A stretch of 64,000 bases of DNA from Balanoglossus misakiensis (lineage: Eukaryota; Animalia; Hemichordata), in contig CM082587.2 of assembly GCA_040954595.2 (NCBI GenBank), positions 8,623,403 to 8,687,402 of the forward strand, written 5' to 3'. Below, in pieces: positions 1 to 14,500 of the stretch (positions are counted from its first letter, which is position 1; every line of letters begins with the position of its first letter). The notes below the pieces were generated by a model. It did not search any database, was not told where the DNA came from, and saw only the letters and a list, made by a program, of their open reading frames with translations. A program made the position numbers and the translations under genes.

Positions 1-763
1 GCATCCACACTGCAGAGTCAGTCGTGTTCCCAATTTATATTAAAGAGAACATGTCCATGCCAACGCATTATGGACCTGATTGTCCATACACGTCTCGATC
101 CCCATTCAGATATTTTTCACAGCAGAGAATCACATGGTCCCCGAATCGTTGTGCTGCGATACAAACTCTGGAAATTTTACTTTCTGGTAAAAAAAATTAG
201 AGATAACCCATGATCGTGAAAATGATTTTTTTTAAGTTTCCTCAAAGTCCAACTGCATGCCTGTTTTGTACCTGTATAAGCTTAAATGTCTAGTTGAAAG
301 AACCGCGGGTTAATTTGTAAGGAATTCAATATAGGCCTAGGTCATATCAAGTTTAATCACTGTACCGAATGTCTGCATCTTTATAAAGGTACACCACGTC
401 ACCTCCAAGTTGCATGTGTCCATATCCTATGGCAAAATAGTGATTCTGAGTGTTCTAAAGACCATGTGTTTTTTTTTCGTGTGTGCCACCCACTGAAAAT
501 CTGTGATGGCTAGATCTCAATTTCTACGTGCTCTCAACTACGGGGCGACCTCGACCTGTGACTGTAGCTACCCTACCGTGCACCTTTAACAGTCTTCCTA
601 GAAACGGCTACGACAGTGAGGGCGCATATTCAGTGCAAGGATAACTTTGCAAGGCGGTGTGTCGACGTCGGGCTTTGAGCAAAGTTTTACTGCTCCCACC
701 TTGGAAGAAACATGCGATGTATATGTATCTAACAAATATGAGAGATATGTTGAACATACCTGT

Positions 764-914
764 AAACAAACAACCAAACAAACAAACAAACGAATAGACG
801 GACATACAGACGGACAGACTATATATCAATCAACCAACCAACCAACCAACCAATCAGTCAATCAGGCAAGAAAACAAACAAACAAACAAACAAACAAACA
901 AACAAAAAACAAAC
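764..914. repeat. (AAAC/AACC)n microsatellite; (GATT)n runs also at about 40546-40580 and 55287-55321
   Basis: Directly visible. Confidence 0.9.
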
Positions 915-1899
915 ATTGTTCTTTATTGATGAAAATATTATAAACACGATATTGTACATAAACTTACATAACACACACAGAGGTTTACACAATCATTTTA
1001 ACCTAGTAACAAACAAGAATAAATAAATGAAAACAAACTTGAAGCTCCAGCTATTGCTGTGGGTACGTAGCTCTATCATATCACACAAAGTCATGGGAGT
1101 GAGAAACAGTCAACGGAGTGGTAGGCCTACGGACGGGCCCACGGCATCCCGAGCCCGGGCCCTTGCAGGTCCAATCCCCAATCACATGGCACGTGGAAAC
1201 CGTATACAAATGTATGCACTGAAGTATATACAAGTATTACAAACCATAAGTATACTATGACTGCATATGTAAGTTTTAATAATTAATAATAGAGGTATAT
1301 GCTGCAGATGAATATGGCCGCCACCTTTTATGATGGGGAGAATGCAATGAAAATACAACGAAAACGGTGCATTCCCCTTTTTTGAAACTTCACAAAACAT
1401 ATTCCCACCTTCTAGAATACATGGAAGTAAACGTACTCCACTGATCATGGACGTATCATCTCTTTTTACGTCCATGCACTGATGCATTACATTTTCATTG
1501 CAATATTTTAATTCTTTTAAAATTGCGGGATATTTCAAATGTCCTGATATTTCTTTTATTTTGGGGGCATTTTGTCATATGGGTCGAGAACATCGGAAAT
1601 TGCATGGTGGAAAATGCAATTAAAATACAACGAAAACGGCGCGGTGCCATATTTGAAACTTTATAAACAAAGCATGATCTCAGAAAGTATAACAACACGG
1701 AGGCAAGAACTTGGACATCTAGGGTCACGGTCTAGGGTCTATGTCCAAGCCATATATTTTCATGCGTATTTCTCTTTTTATATTAAAAATATTACAATCA
1801 CTGCGTGACATTCTTGTGTGTGGTAGAGAATGATGTAGAATTGTAGGCCTGGGGCTAGGCCTAGCTCTGGGAAGCAAATCCACCGTCGCGTCACGCAGG

Positions 1900-2530
1900 G
1901 CTTTAGGACTCACTGCATCTGTCGAGTAGTGTCTCTTCTGAAAATAATACGCTAAAAAGAAACCACGTTAGGTTGATTGCATTACGGGTGTAAGCAACCA
2001 TGGAAATTTTAAAACGTGTGTAAGCTGAACTCGCAGATGACGTCATTGTTTTGTATATTGGTGTATGAGGATAAGACAACTCTTTCCATTGGCTTATTTA
2101 TTTATCCCCACTTCACCTTGATGGATGTTCAGCGCTATTCGGTAAGTTCGAGAAAACTAAGTTTAGAGATACTTAAATATTTTCTGCACAAGTGTAACAT
2201 AAAATAACTGAATTATTGCAAAACTACGTTAAACGCGTAAAACGTTTAATCAAGCGACTTACTGATCGACCAATAGAAAGTTCTGTTTGGCGACATACAT
2301 GGGCAGAATAGCTCAATGGGTATTCCCCCTAATTTGCATACGTACGCTGTGTACGCAGTATCTGCTGAGCGGAGTTAGTCATAACCGGTTATTGCAGGTT
2401 GCAGTGCTGTTCTGTATCTGGGCGGGATGACCTATCTAGTATAGGTACAGCAGATTATTTGCTGTACCGACGATGTAGAAACATGCTACAAACTACCTTC
2501 TTATCCAGATCTTTTAATTTCTGGTGAGTA
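1900..2530. promoter_or_regulatory. Probable Roquin promoter and non-coding first exon, possibly bidirectional
   Basis: CpG-richer region with CCAAT (about 2270), octamer ATTTGCAT (about 2332), a plus-strand donor GTGAGT at 2524 that could splice to the acceptor at about 5461, and a minus-strand donor GTGAGT at 1913-1908. Confidence 0.4.
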
Positions 2531-5528
2531 TATACATGTATATAATTCATAGCAACCCAGCTACGCAACTGTGTGGTTGTAGTTGCATCATGACTTGTGG
2601 AGGGACGAACGTGACAGTGACAACATGGCGCGATGCCTGACGTCAAAACTAGTATAACCCGTTCTTTTGAGACCCCTTAGACAAAGCAGTTAGATGTGTA
2701 GCATCAGCTGTTAATGCATGACGAGGCTTTTCGTGATAAAAGGGGGGAAAACGGGGAAATATTCCACAGTGATAATACGCCTCTATTAGCAGGAACTGTC
2801 GTCAGAAGTAATCGGAAGCCATTTCCGTACATTGTTCCCAGAATTCCATGCGTTGTTGTGCTGATAGTGGCTTGTTGTCTACGTGCATTGAAGTACATGT
2901 ACTAATACAACGTAGTAAAACTGTCTGCATCACAACATGCAGAGGCAACTGCAGTGATACATTTATATGAAAGCCCTGTGATGCAATCTGAACAATTTGG
3001 AAGCTACATGCCAACAAATTTTAGTCTTCGTCTCAAGCTCAGAAATTTTGTTGTGGTAATAGTACACAATGATGATGACAGCGACTTTGATGCTAACATA
3101 GACTTCGCGGATAGGGTATCTGCAATGCATGATGGTATAATTTGCGTTCAACATAGCGTCTAGTACATGGCTAATGCACACGCTCAGAACGCAGACTGCC
3201 CCCAAACCCCCCGCATTATTCTATCCGCGAAGTGGTACAAAAAAACAACAACATACAAAACAAACCCAGAAACAACTCCATAAAAGAAAGACACAAAAGA
3301 AAAAGAAAATCCCAAAAACTTAATGAAGAACAACCCTGCAATGCCCCCAGCACAATTTGTTTACAACCAGAATGCCTGTGACAATAGATTGTTAATTTTT
3401 ACAAACACCTCTGTTAATTTTTACAAACACCTGACCTCACACTGGATGGCTATAAACCTGCCTTTTGTATCATTAACTCTGTCAGAAGAGATCAATGGTA
3501 TGTTTACAAAGCTGCCTCTAACCCGAACATCCATAGTACAGTCACATTTGTCCTGTCACCAGACTACTTTGGGTCACAAGACAAGTAGTGGGTTCTGGGA
3601 CACATGTCCACCTCAGAAAGCTGTCCCTATGGCTCTGGGATTTTTTTATAGGACTTAGGTTGAGAACAACTACATGTTACATTCTGCTGAGAGTCAAAAA
3701 GTTTCAAATAAAAAAGGGACTCCCTACGCCTTTCTCTGAAATCAATGTAGTTTTTGTAACAGGAGCTTAGTACAAAAGGCCGCCACATAGGAACAGTGAT
3801 CATGGCAATGTTGAGTTCAGTTGGATGATTTGACCTCAGCTCTAACCAGTAGTTATTTACATCCAACTGTTTTGTCTCCTTAACAACTGGAAGGATTGTC
3901 AATATTTGTATAACTGTCATTCTAGGATATGACATATACTTCCTGAATAAGTCTCAACATATGGATGACCTTGGCAGTAATGTTTAAGGGCAATGACCTG
4001 TTGCTAAGTGGTGTGTTGGTATTTAAAGTGATAGATTCAGTTATTCTGGGGAAACACCCTAGGAGGTGGGATATTCTACCTTAATCATAGTGTATCATGT
4101 TGTGATAAGAGTTAACCTGTAAAAGACATGTCAGGTAATGGTTACTGAGTACAGATACGTTGTCGGTCTTTAGACAATTCCATCTTGTGTCATTGCAAGT
4201 TATAACTATGACAAAGAAAGACAGTGTATATATTTCGGAGACAGACTGAGACTTTTGAACATTTTCCTTCTGGATTCATCCCGATGCAGTAGTTACAATT
4301 AATTTAATATAAACACTGCATGCAGATACCAATTCAATATAGTTAAATAATTATACATTGAATCATAACAGTGCCAGTTTACAAATTACAGTTTATAGAA
4401 ACACTAATCTGTATCACAGGGATTGTATTAAATTGAACCCAGGTAAGGTGATTTCTGTTCATGGTTTCCATATCTAGGCACATTGAGAGTTTTTTTTTAC
4501 AAATGTTAGTTAAGAAAGTTGGCAAGACTGAAAAGTGGTTACAGTGTTTCACCCCAAAACAGTTGCAGGTTTGTGGCCGTAGATATTTATCAGTGGTGCA
4601 TGTACATTGTGTATATGAATAATAACCTTTGTATTCAGCATGTATTGCACCTAGAAGGAAGTCAGTGTTGAACGTTCATTTACTACATATACACATGTAC
4701 ATAAATATAAACGGTGTCTTGTATCAAACATATAAATTGTTAATTCATAGAAAAAGGGCAGCGAGAGAGGATGTGTCCCTTTAAAAAAGAGAATTACAAA
4801 ATATTCCTGTAAAAAATATTTGTGCATTTCTTTGTATAAAACATTTACACTATAATGTGTGTCACTTCCAGACAGTCCAATTTCATGAGTGATGTAATTA
4901 ATGTTTATAGTGAAGATTAATGTAGTCAAATTCCCTGTAAAGATGTGTTTTAAGTAGTAATCAGTTCTCTAGAATACAGTCTGAATGACGTACCCAGTGA
5001 ATGTTCATGTAGTTAATAAGTGATTTTGTTAGGATCCATAAGATTGCAGGGTGACCACACATACATGTTCGGTCCATGGTATCAAGTAGTACAGTTAGAT
5101 TATTATCAATATTTGTGATGTCAACATATCCGGGTCTCAAACACATGTTGTCTACCACCCTTGTGATTAGAACTTCAAACCCTCTTTGTTCCTTTTTCTA
5201 AATGGTTGTTTTTCAAACTCTGCTCCCAAAAATATCTCTGACTTTGGGAAGATTATAATGGCTGTCATGTCAACAAATGGTCAAGTTTACCGTAAATATT
5301 CTGGAATGGAGAATATCTTTATGCGTTTTAGATTCATGCATGAGCGTACAAATGTACTTCAGTGCAAAGTTTTCTATGGAAACAAATTGTTAACTCCATT
5401 ATAACAGTTTATTTAAATTTTACATTATGATCACATGTTTCTGTTTCCATTCGTGTTTCAGGTAAATTTCAGTCTTCAAAGAAGAATTGTTATTTTATTG
5501 GCTCTTTTTGGGCTGTATTTGAATAATC

Positions 5529-8500
5529 ATGCCAATTCAGGCACCTCAATGGACGGAGTTTCTCCTGTGTCCAATATGCTACAACGACTTTGATGAGAGT
5601 GGACGTCGTCCAATCAGTCTCGGCTGCGGTCATACTGTATGTCGTACATGTCTCTCTCAACTCCACCGCAAGCAGTGTCCATTTGATCAGAGTACCATCA
5701 CCACTGATATCGACTCCTTGCCGGCAAATTATGCATTGCTGCAACTGGTTGGAGCTGAAATCCCCCAGACTGAGTCCGTCTCTAGTGGTGTCATCTCACA
5801 GTATATGAAACACTATGAAGCAAGTAAACGTTGTGTGGAGGAATTGGCTCTTCTTCTCAAACCACTCAGTAAAGGTTAGCTCAGCTTTATACTTCTTTCA
5901 TTCATCCTGATCTGCATTATTTAGAGAATAATGTACGCCCCAAAGACCCATAATGGACGAAAGCACACGTTGTGCAACATAATGTACGAGGCGAATGCCG
6001 AGTACATTATGGAGTACAATGTGTGCTTATTTTATAGTTTTGTCAATGCCAATGAATTTGCAGACTAGAGAATAATTTTATTTTCTACATCAGCGCTAGA
6101 ATGTGAAATGTTGAAACGTAACTAGAATAAAAATCAGGAGATATATCAAATCATACAACAATTATGAAAGTTGCTACTTTACATGCTTTACAGTGCAGAA
6201 ATAATTCTTCTGTGTGTATATCTATTTGTAACAGCCAACAGCAATGCCAAAGAGTGTATCTTGAGTCGTCCTATGCAGAGAAAACTGGTCACTTTGGTCA
6301 ACTGTCAGTTGGTGGAAGAAGAAGGCAGGGCTCGTGCTTCAAGAGCAGCTCGATCTCTCGGCGAAAGAACTGTCACTGAATTGATCTTACAGCATCAAAA
6401 TCAACAACAGCTCTCTGCTAATTTATGGGCGGCTGTGCGAGCGAGAGGATGTCAGTTTCTTGGTCCAGGTTAGACTTCTGTTTGTAAAGATGATATTGAC
6501 AATGAATCAAACCAGTTGCATGATGTCTAGTACCATTTCCCTCCATACTTATTGCTATAAAATATGCTGTGATGTCATATACCAAGACAATTGGACATTT
6601 TGTCAGTGTTTCAGTAATAGATTCTATATATATAGCCTGCATGTTTTGTTTACACAAGTCAGTCACTCAACTTTTTCTTCAACTTGGGCAAAGAATTGTT
6701 TCACATAAAATGTAATTTTAATTGACAAAGGATGAAGTTCATATTGTTTGTGGTTTTTGTTCATTACAGCAATGCAAGAGGAATGTTTGAAACTTGTGTT
6801 GTTGGCATTGGAGGATGGTTCTGCTTTGTCTAGGAAAGTGCTGGTGTTGTTTGTTGTACAGAAACTAGAACCACAGTTCCCACAGGCCTCGAAAACCAGC
6901 GTAGGGCATGTTGTTCAACTGCTGTACAGAGCATCGTGTTTTAAAGTGACCAAGAGAGAAGAGGACTCTTCTTTGATGCAACTGAAAGAAGAGGTAGGTT
7001 TTTGACTCACTGACGGAGTATGTCATGCACGGCACTAGACATGTTATACTGCTCACTAAATGTGAAAACTGATGACTTTTGATGTGCAGTATATTCCTTG
7101 AGTACAGTTCATGATACCCATAATACAGTGCAGCTTAGGAATAGCTTTCCAATTTGCTAACAACTTGCTGACACGGTGTTTATAATGAGCCAACACAGCG
7201 TTAGCCTGTGTGTTCCAAGTGTTACAAAGGTGTGAATCTGTTGGCCCTGGCACTTGGCATTGTTCAGTGTTAGCATGTGCTACAAAGGTGTTAAACCTTG
7301 GCGCACCCTATTGTTTTTTGGCACAGTGTTAGCCTGTGTGTTCCAAGTGTTACAAAGGTGTGAATCTGTTGGCCCTGGCACTTGGCATTGTTCAGTGTTA
7401 GCACCTTGGCGCACCCTATTGTTTTGGAACACCCCAGTTAAACACAAGCCCAATAGGTGCTAATTAGAGCGCCAATAGGGTGCCAACCCAGAGTTGACCC
7501 AGTGTTTAAACTGAGCTGACCCAGTGTTGGTGCAGTTGGAAAGCTATTCCTAAGCTGCACTGTATGTGGTGTGTTTCATACTTGTTGATAAATATGTGAA
7601 TTTAAAGGTATACATGTACAGTTACCCAATGCAAATATAGCCACAGTTACCATCAAATTTAATCTGTTTCTTTTTAGCCATTTCGCAAGCTGTAATATTG
7701 CTTTGATTTGTGTGTCCTCTGTACTGTGTTATTGTAGTCATTATTTCAAACTGTGATGGAGGCATGTGTCATGAAGAATTGCTTGCATTTGTAGAGCACA
7801 CTGTTTCAGAAAATACATTTTTATCTTCCATTTGTTTCAGTTTCGTAGTTATGAAGCATTACGTAGAGAGCACGATTCCCAGATTGTACAGATTGCCATG
7901 GAGGCTGGATTACGGATTTCACCGGAACAGTGGTCCTCGTTGCTGTATGGTGATGCTTCGCACAAATCCCACATGCAGTCTATCATTGATAAGGTCAGGA
8001 AATCATTCATCTTTGTAGTCATGAGCTGGTTGGAAAACTGAAATTTTAATACATCTGTCCTTGGAGAGAACTTGGAAGGCAAGGCATGTTAACAACATAT
8101 CAAGTTCTAGCTGTAAAAAAGGACATTTATTTACCCAACGTTCTGAACTGATATTAGTAGAAATGTATAGCTTACAGATATTTGACTGTTAGCCTATCCA
8201 TGTATGATGTTCTAATGATCTTTGTTTGCATAACTGTACATGCTTTTAAAAAGTAGATGTTGAAATAACACTATATTTGGACATTGGAGGTCTGTCGTTG
8301 TTTTTGACAATATTTGACTAATTGAATATATCTGTTCCGTCGTGTTTAGTTGCAGACACCAGCTTCCTTCGCCGCCAGTGTACAGGAATTGTCCATTGCA
8401 CTGCAGAGATCTGGTGACCCTGCTAACCTCGCCAAACTTACAGAGCATTTTGAACTTCTGGCTGAGATTGACCCCACACCAGGTAAATTACAATTCCTTC

Positions 8501-11500
8501 ATCTTCAATACTTGGTAGTGAAAGAGCCCTGTGTAAAGCTCTAGTCTCTCAATCCTGAGAGGGATTGTTTTAGACTGTATGTATGTCGGTCCAGTAACAA
8601 GACAGAAAATGATGGCTTCAGAACAAAATGGACAGGACATACATGTACATTTGTATAACAGGTTTATAAGTCACACACGTACTCTGTATCTAAAAGAATT
8701 ACATGTACATAGTTACAAATGCAGTATTGTTGATAAAGTACAGTACAGTAAAACTAAAGCACAGAATGGAACAGAACAGAACACTGCAGTACAGCACAAC
8801 ACAGCACAGGCAATATCTAGTCAGTGATCAAAATGAGTGGCTCAACTCAATACATATATAATGTTGGCAAGACCTAGAAAAATAATCACATTTAGGTGCA
8901 GTTATATGTACTGTTTGTCATTTCTTCATTTTTTCTGCGTATTACAATGGTATCTACATCACTGCAGTGACTTTAGTCAGACGAGTGGATTTCACTGTCC
9001 CCTATTAAATCAAAGTTATACATACCAATGCTGATAGCTGTATGGTGTTCAGTACATGTACATAGTATTCAACAACCATACATAACATTCTGGTATAGGA
9101 GTTTTGGCTTGTATCGTGTGTACAGTAAACCATATGGTACATGTGTGTAGTCTTCTACTAGTGAAGTTGTATATTAAGTGTCTAAACATGGCCATTCCCT
9201 GTAGTTTTGATGAGTTGTGTATTAAACCATTGTATTTTTTCAGATTCCTCTGCACCTTCGTGGGAAGCCACAGAGAAAGCAATGCAGGCTGCGAAAATAG
9301 TCTTGATGGGACTTGTAGACTTTGTACAACATCATAGTCATCAGAGGAAAATACTTGACCAGGTAAATATGTGGCGATCATTTGCTTTCATTTCTATGTT
9401 AAATCAAGAAAGACAAGTAGGCAACTCTTTGTTCCTTTCAATGTGTGTCACAGGTCTTGTGATACTTGTGTATTCTTATGAGAAATTGACTACGTGTGCG
9501 GTACTGCTTTGGAGCGTTTCTTGAGATAATTTTGATTTGATTTGATTTCAGTCTCAGAACAACAAGTACAAAACCAGTATGTGTCGTGATGTGACACAGC
9601 GTGGTGGCTGTCCAAGAGGCGCTAACTGTACATTTGCACATTCCCAAGATGAACTGGAGAAGTAAGTGACTGGTTCATAGAACCCTCTAGTCTTGACAGT
9701 ATATGTACATGTATGGTGATGTTATGTTACAGAATGACTGATTAGATTAGATTAGAAATTGTCAAAGAGCTCATTTTTGACATTGACCAGTGAGTCTATG
9801 TGGGTATCTAGCTAGGTATGGTACATGTAGGTGATGTCAGTTTTGTGTAAAATGTGATTGAAATGAAAAATATGACAGATATTGTGAATGTAGATGCCAA
9901 ACCGATTTCCTTTGAATGTTATAATTTCAGTCTGATTTTCATTTCATTTCTTATGATTTTACACCAAATCATAGTAACAAGTGAAATTGACCAGTAATAT
10001 ACTTGTATTCTCGACTGTAGGGTAAGCCAATTGTTAACCCTTTTACCCCCAGTTCCCTCTTTTGAGGTCCAATCTTAGCATAGAACGCAATGGGTTTGGA
10101 CCAAACCATTGTTGTGAAAGGGTTAATTAAAGTAGGATGGTTGTTATTCTTTATTTCTTCCCTCAAAAGGTTCCGTGCTAAGAGCAGACGAGCTCACATG
10201 AAAAGCAAACCAACAGAGAAAAAATCTGAGAATGATGGTGGGTCAGTTCAAGTGGATGATAATAATGGTGGCAAGGATAGTTTCGATCAACTTTTACCCA
10301 GAGGACCTCCTCCCAGTAACATTGAGGTTGGCAGACGTGAAGATGGCACTGAATCTCCTGGAAGTGACATTTCTCATGCATCAGCGCAGTAGTAAGTCCA
10401 GATCTACTATTCTCATCAAAAGTTTGCGCAACTAAATGTGTTGAATATGTTACAAATCCTCATGCAGAAGTAGACAAAGCGTGGAATTAAAAGTAGCCAA
10501 TAATGGAGTTGATGCACCTGGATAAAGAACTGGTTGTGTAGTTCCATAGGATGTGCAATTTGAAGTACAGTTTTACCATCATACATGCACATCATTGATT
10601 TTGTGTTGCTATTCTTCGATATCAAATGACGTCAGACGCGCTCAGGCGGCAGTTACGTTCACATTCAAATTTCCAGATGACGGGCAACTTCAACAACGTG
10701 GTACAGACAAAGACTGTGCAGACAAACTCCATGGGGCTGATAAGGCATTATACCTGATACATGTTACGTGTCTGGCAGTTTTTAAAGTAAAATCATACTG
10801 GATGCCAACATATTGCTTGCTCGTCATCTGGAAATGACAATGCCGTGGGTCACATGGTCAGATCATGTGATTGATAGTAAAGAATATACTGGTGTTGTGT
10901 ACATGTTAGTGTGTTTTATGTTTCAGTGATTCCGGCAACAGAATACCCAGACACGTGGCACAACAAAGGGCACATGCATCTGAAGACTTACCCAGTCCCT
11001 CATTGGCTGATGTACAACCACAATTTGTGGAAGGTAGGATACTTTGCTATCTTGGCATTTCCTCAAAATAATAAAAAAAGAAGAGAATAGGACACCACAA
11101 AATATGTGAAGATTCACATGTAAATGTTACAAAAGAAAGCCAGATGAGTGTAAATAATCATCAACTGATGCAAAAGAGAGCAAAATCATGCCTTAAGATA
11201 GTGACTCTCTCCCTCTTACTTTCTACATAAATTGTATTTTGTGATTATCTTTTACCCGAAAAAACAGCAACTTTTCTTTCATTGTCAGTGTCAAAATATC
11301 TTTCAGCAAAATTTCTGATAGAAAGAATTGACTTTCTCTTCACCCCCCCCCCCCCAAGTTCAAAGTTTACATGTACTCGGTTTGATCCACTGATTTCCAT
11401 GGATGAACTTGGACCTTTGCACTGTGATTGGGGGGGGGGGGGGGTTGTACACGATTAATGAGGAAAGGCAGGCACCCATTATTTCTTTTGTTCTATCCCT

Positions 11501-14500
11501 TCAGGACATCATAGAGAAATTGGTCCTCACAGATATCAGCCATCAGCATTCAAGGCCCTCAGTGACGTGAACGTGCCACACCACGAAGCGTATATATCGT
11601 ACGACCCATACTACAAACAACCTCACAGTCCGTATCCAAGATATTTGCCAGAATTCCGAGGAGTGCCGCCCGTTCGTTACATGAGTGACGGTTATTCGAG
11701 AACATACGTGCAAAGTCGTCCACCACCAAGATATCCAGCCGATGAAGAGTATAGTGGGAGTGGAACTGTCATGGCAACCGGCGCTCAGTATCCAATGGAT
11801 GATGGCATTCATCCGGATTTCATCCGAATTCGAGGTGGAGAGAGATACTATAGTGACATCAAAGACGCACCAACAGGGAATTATATTTCTGGTTTCTCTC
11901 ATAGACAGGTAAATATCTGCACGTACTGAGTACAGTGAAACCTGTCTATTAAAGGGGAAATCCGCTGTAGCTGATTTCTACATAATTTGGTAGCTTTGAT
12001 GTCTCTCTTTCAGAAAAAAACATATTCGCCATGTATAGGTCGCGCGATTTTTTACAAAATCTAGGGAAAGTTGGCAGAATTTCCAATATGGCGTTTACTG
12101 TAATTTGAATCATGGGAAAAAAAGCGCCAGGACCAACTTCCGCCCACCTTGGTATGGGTGATACCATTTTCCGATTGGTGTCACTGTGTCACAAGCTAAG
12201 CGTATTTGCATATTTTTCATGGGTTATAGCTCATGAAAACTGTCAATAGATGACAAATTTTCGACTTTGCTGATGATTGTTTATCAACTGATGCAAAGAA
12301 CAAACAATAGCTATGAAAATACGCCTAGTCTGTCGCCCAGTGACACCAATCGGAGAATGGTATCACCCACACCATGGTGGGCGGAAGTTGCTCCTGGCGC
12401 TTTTTTTCCCATGATTCAAATTACAGTAAACGCCATATTGGAAATTCTGCCAACTTTCCCTAGATTTTGTAAAAAATCGCGCGACCTATACATGGCGAAT
12501 ATGTTTTTTTCTGAAAGAGAGACATCAAAGCTACCAAATTATGTAGAAATCAGCTACAGCGGATTTCCCCTTTAAGGACACATCTGGGACCAGAAAATCT
12601 GTGACTTATCTTGAAAAATCTGTCCTTAATAGACAGGTGTCCTGATTAGAGAAGTGTCCGTAATGACATCCACAGTCATACCAGTCATACTGTGTCAGTG
12701 TTTCTATATTACTCTGAAGGTATGCATCATGGTTGGGTCACAAAAATACAATCTGTCACCACATGATTTCCCCTTAGGCTGTTAATTTAAGAAACCTTTT
12801 ATCTTGCATTCAAAAATTGATTTGTGTTCATAATAACAAGTACACAAAATTTCTCCATTTGTCAACTGTGCTAATGGAAAACTCCGGGTGTGGCATGTTT
12901 TCTGTCATTTTATGTATTGTTGGGTATTTTTTGTATCAAGATTACGTTACTATTGACCATCTGCAATAAACTATTGTAAAACGGGAAATTTTCGCGATAT
13001 CAACAGAGGTGACTATTCCACGATGATTAATTTTCACGTTCTCTTTATCTCTGAATAACATTCTATTGTACACAGTTTTTTCGTGACTATTTATTATCAC
13101 ATTTTTTGGTCTTGCGAAGTTGGCGAAAATTGATCATTCATGAAAATTTCCCAATTTACAGTAATTCCAATGTGTAAGAGATTTTATGGTGGAGTAAGTT
13201 TAAACCATTTTCATCAGTGTTAAACAGAAATTGTAAATGATCTACATCTTGTATTTTATTTGCCAGGAACAATCCATGGATTCTCTGCAAAAAAGACGGC
13301 AACAGTTGCTTGTTCAGTTAGGAAGTCTGCCATCCTCAAGCCAGTCACCGAGGCACGAGTTACCAATACCGTCGTCGTCATCTAGTACACCATTCTCTGC
13401 CGTCACATCGTCCATTCTAAGCTCCATCGTAATTTCCAGTGAAATGATGAAGACGGCAGAGAGGACCGGTACAACTACAGTGTCTGCATCTGAGCCGACA
13501 TCCAAACAGCCGATGACATCAGACAGCCACGTCATCAGTTCAGCATCTACAGTGTCCTACGGTGATTATACAGACGGTGGAAGAGAGGGTTCTGGCACGG
13601 ATGCTAAGAACGGCCGCAGGATTGTGTACGATCCGTGGACCTCGCAAGGGACTGTAGTCACGTTGTCTACTCCAGTCAATAGTCCTGCCAACAACACACC
13701 ACCTACAACAAGTATAATGACAGTGAGTAAAAGCATGGTGAAGCACATGTCGCTAGAAGACACACATAAAGATCTGCCGGGGTTTGGTGAGAGTGACAGA
13801 TTGACAGAGACTGGACCGCCACGACAAGGCCACGATCACCAGAGCTGCGACAATGCCACACGTGGTCGCAAGATACGCCAACAGATGGAACAAGAAGCCT
13901 CTCAGAAAGTTCAAACCCCAGAAGATGATTTCATCCCGTTCGGTCCGCCTCGCATATCAAAGTACGGACCCATTAGCCGCATGGCCAAAAGCATTATACA
14001 TGATTCAAGGCCCGTGCAGGCCAAACCGACACCACACACTGAAACCACTCCTGTCATGGCGTACGCTGATGCCCAAATGGCCACTGCTCCGCAGCAGACA
14101 TCGCCCGGCAAACAACGCACGTATGAAGAGAAAGTACAGCCGTTAACTTTCTCCAGCAATGTCTATCCTGTTAAGGGGAAAGACTTTCCATACCAGTGGC
14201 ATTCTGATATTGCTGAAAGGTAAAATGTAGTCAAAATGTTGCACTGTTCCCTGCAAGATAATATGAACTGATACAGTGTGCCTTGTAACCAGTAACAGAC
14301 TAATGTAGCAAACCCTTGAAGCTTTGTGACACATCAATGACCACACACAACTTCCTTCCAACTTGTAGACACAAGAGTGAAAAACTCGCCAAAATGAATA
14401 ATCGGTGTTTACCATTTATTCATTTTGGCGGGATTTTTACTTTCATATCCTACAAACGGGATGGAAGTTGTGCGTCGTTGAATGTGGATTCTCTATATAT

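Noticed and set aside
598-943. Overlapping ORFs rich in TNKQ or VCL
   Set aside because: They come from an (AAAC)n microsatellite.
10390-10392. Apparent in-frame TAG (premature stop or readthrough) in Roquin
   Set aside because: The donor GTAAGT begins at 10392, so TA plus T from the next exon (10927) gives Tyr and the frame stays open.
10553-10837. ORF similar to the one at 45678-45860, suggesting a small gene family
   Set aside because: Both are intronic copies of the same dispersed repeat, and their frames diverge.
11949-12575. Two ORFs with identical peptides on opposite strands
   Set aside because: They are a by-product of the foldback MITE's inverted arms.
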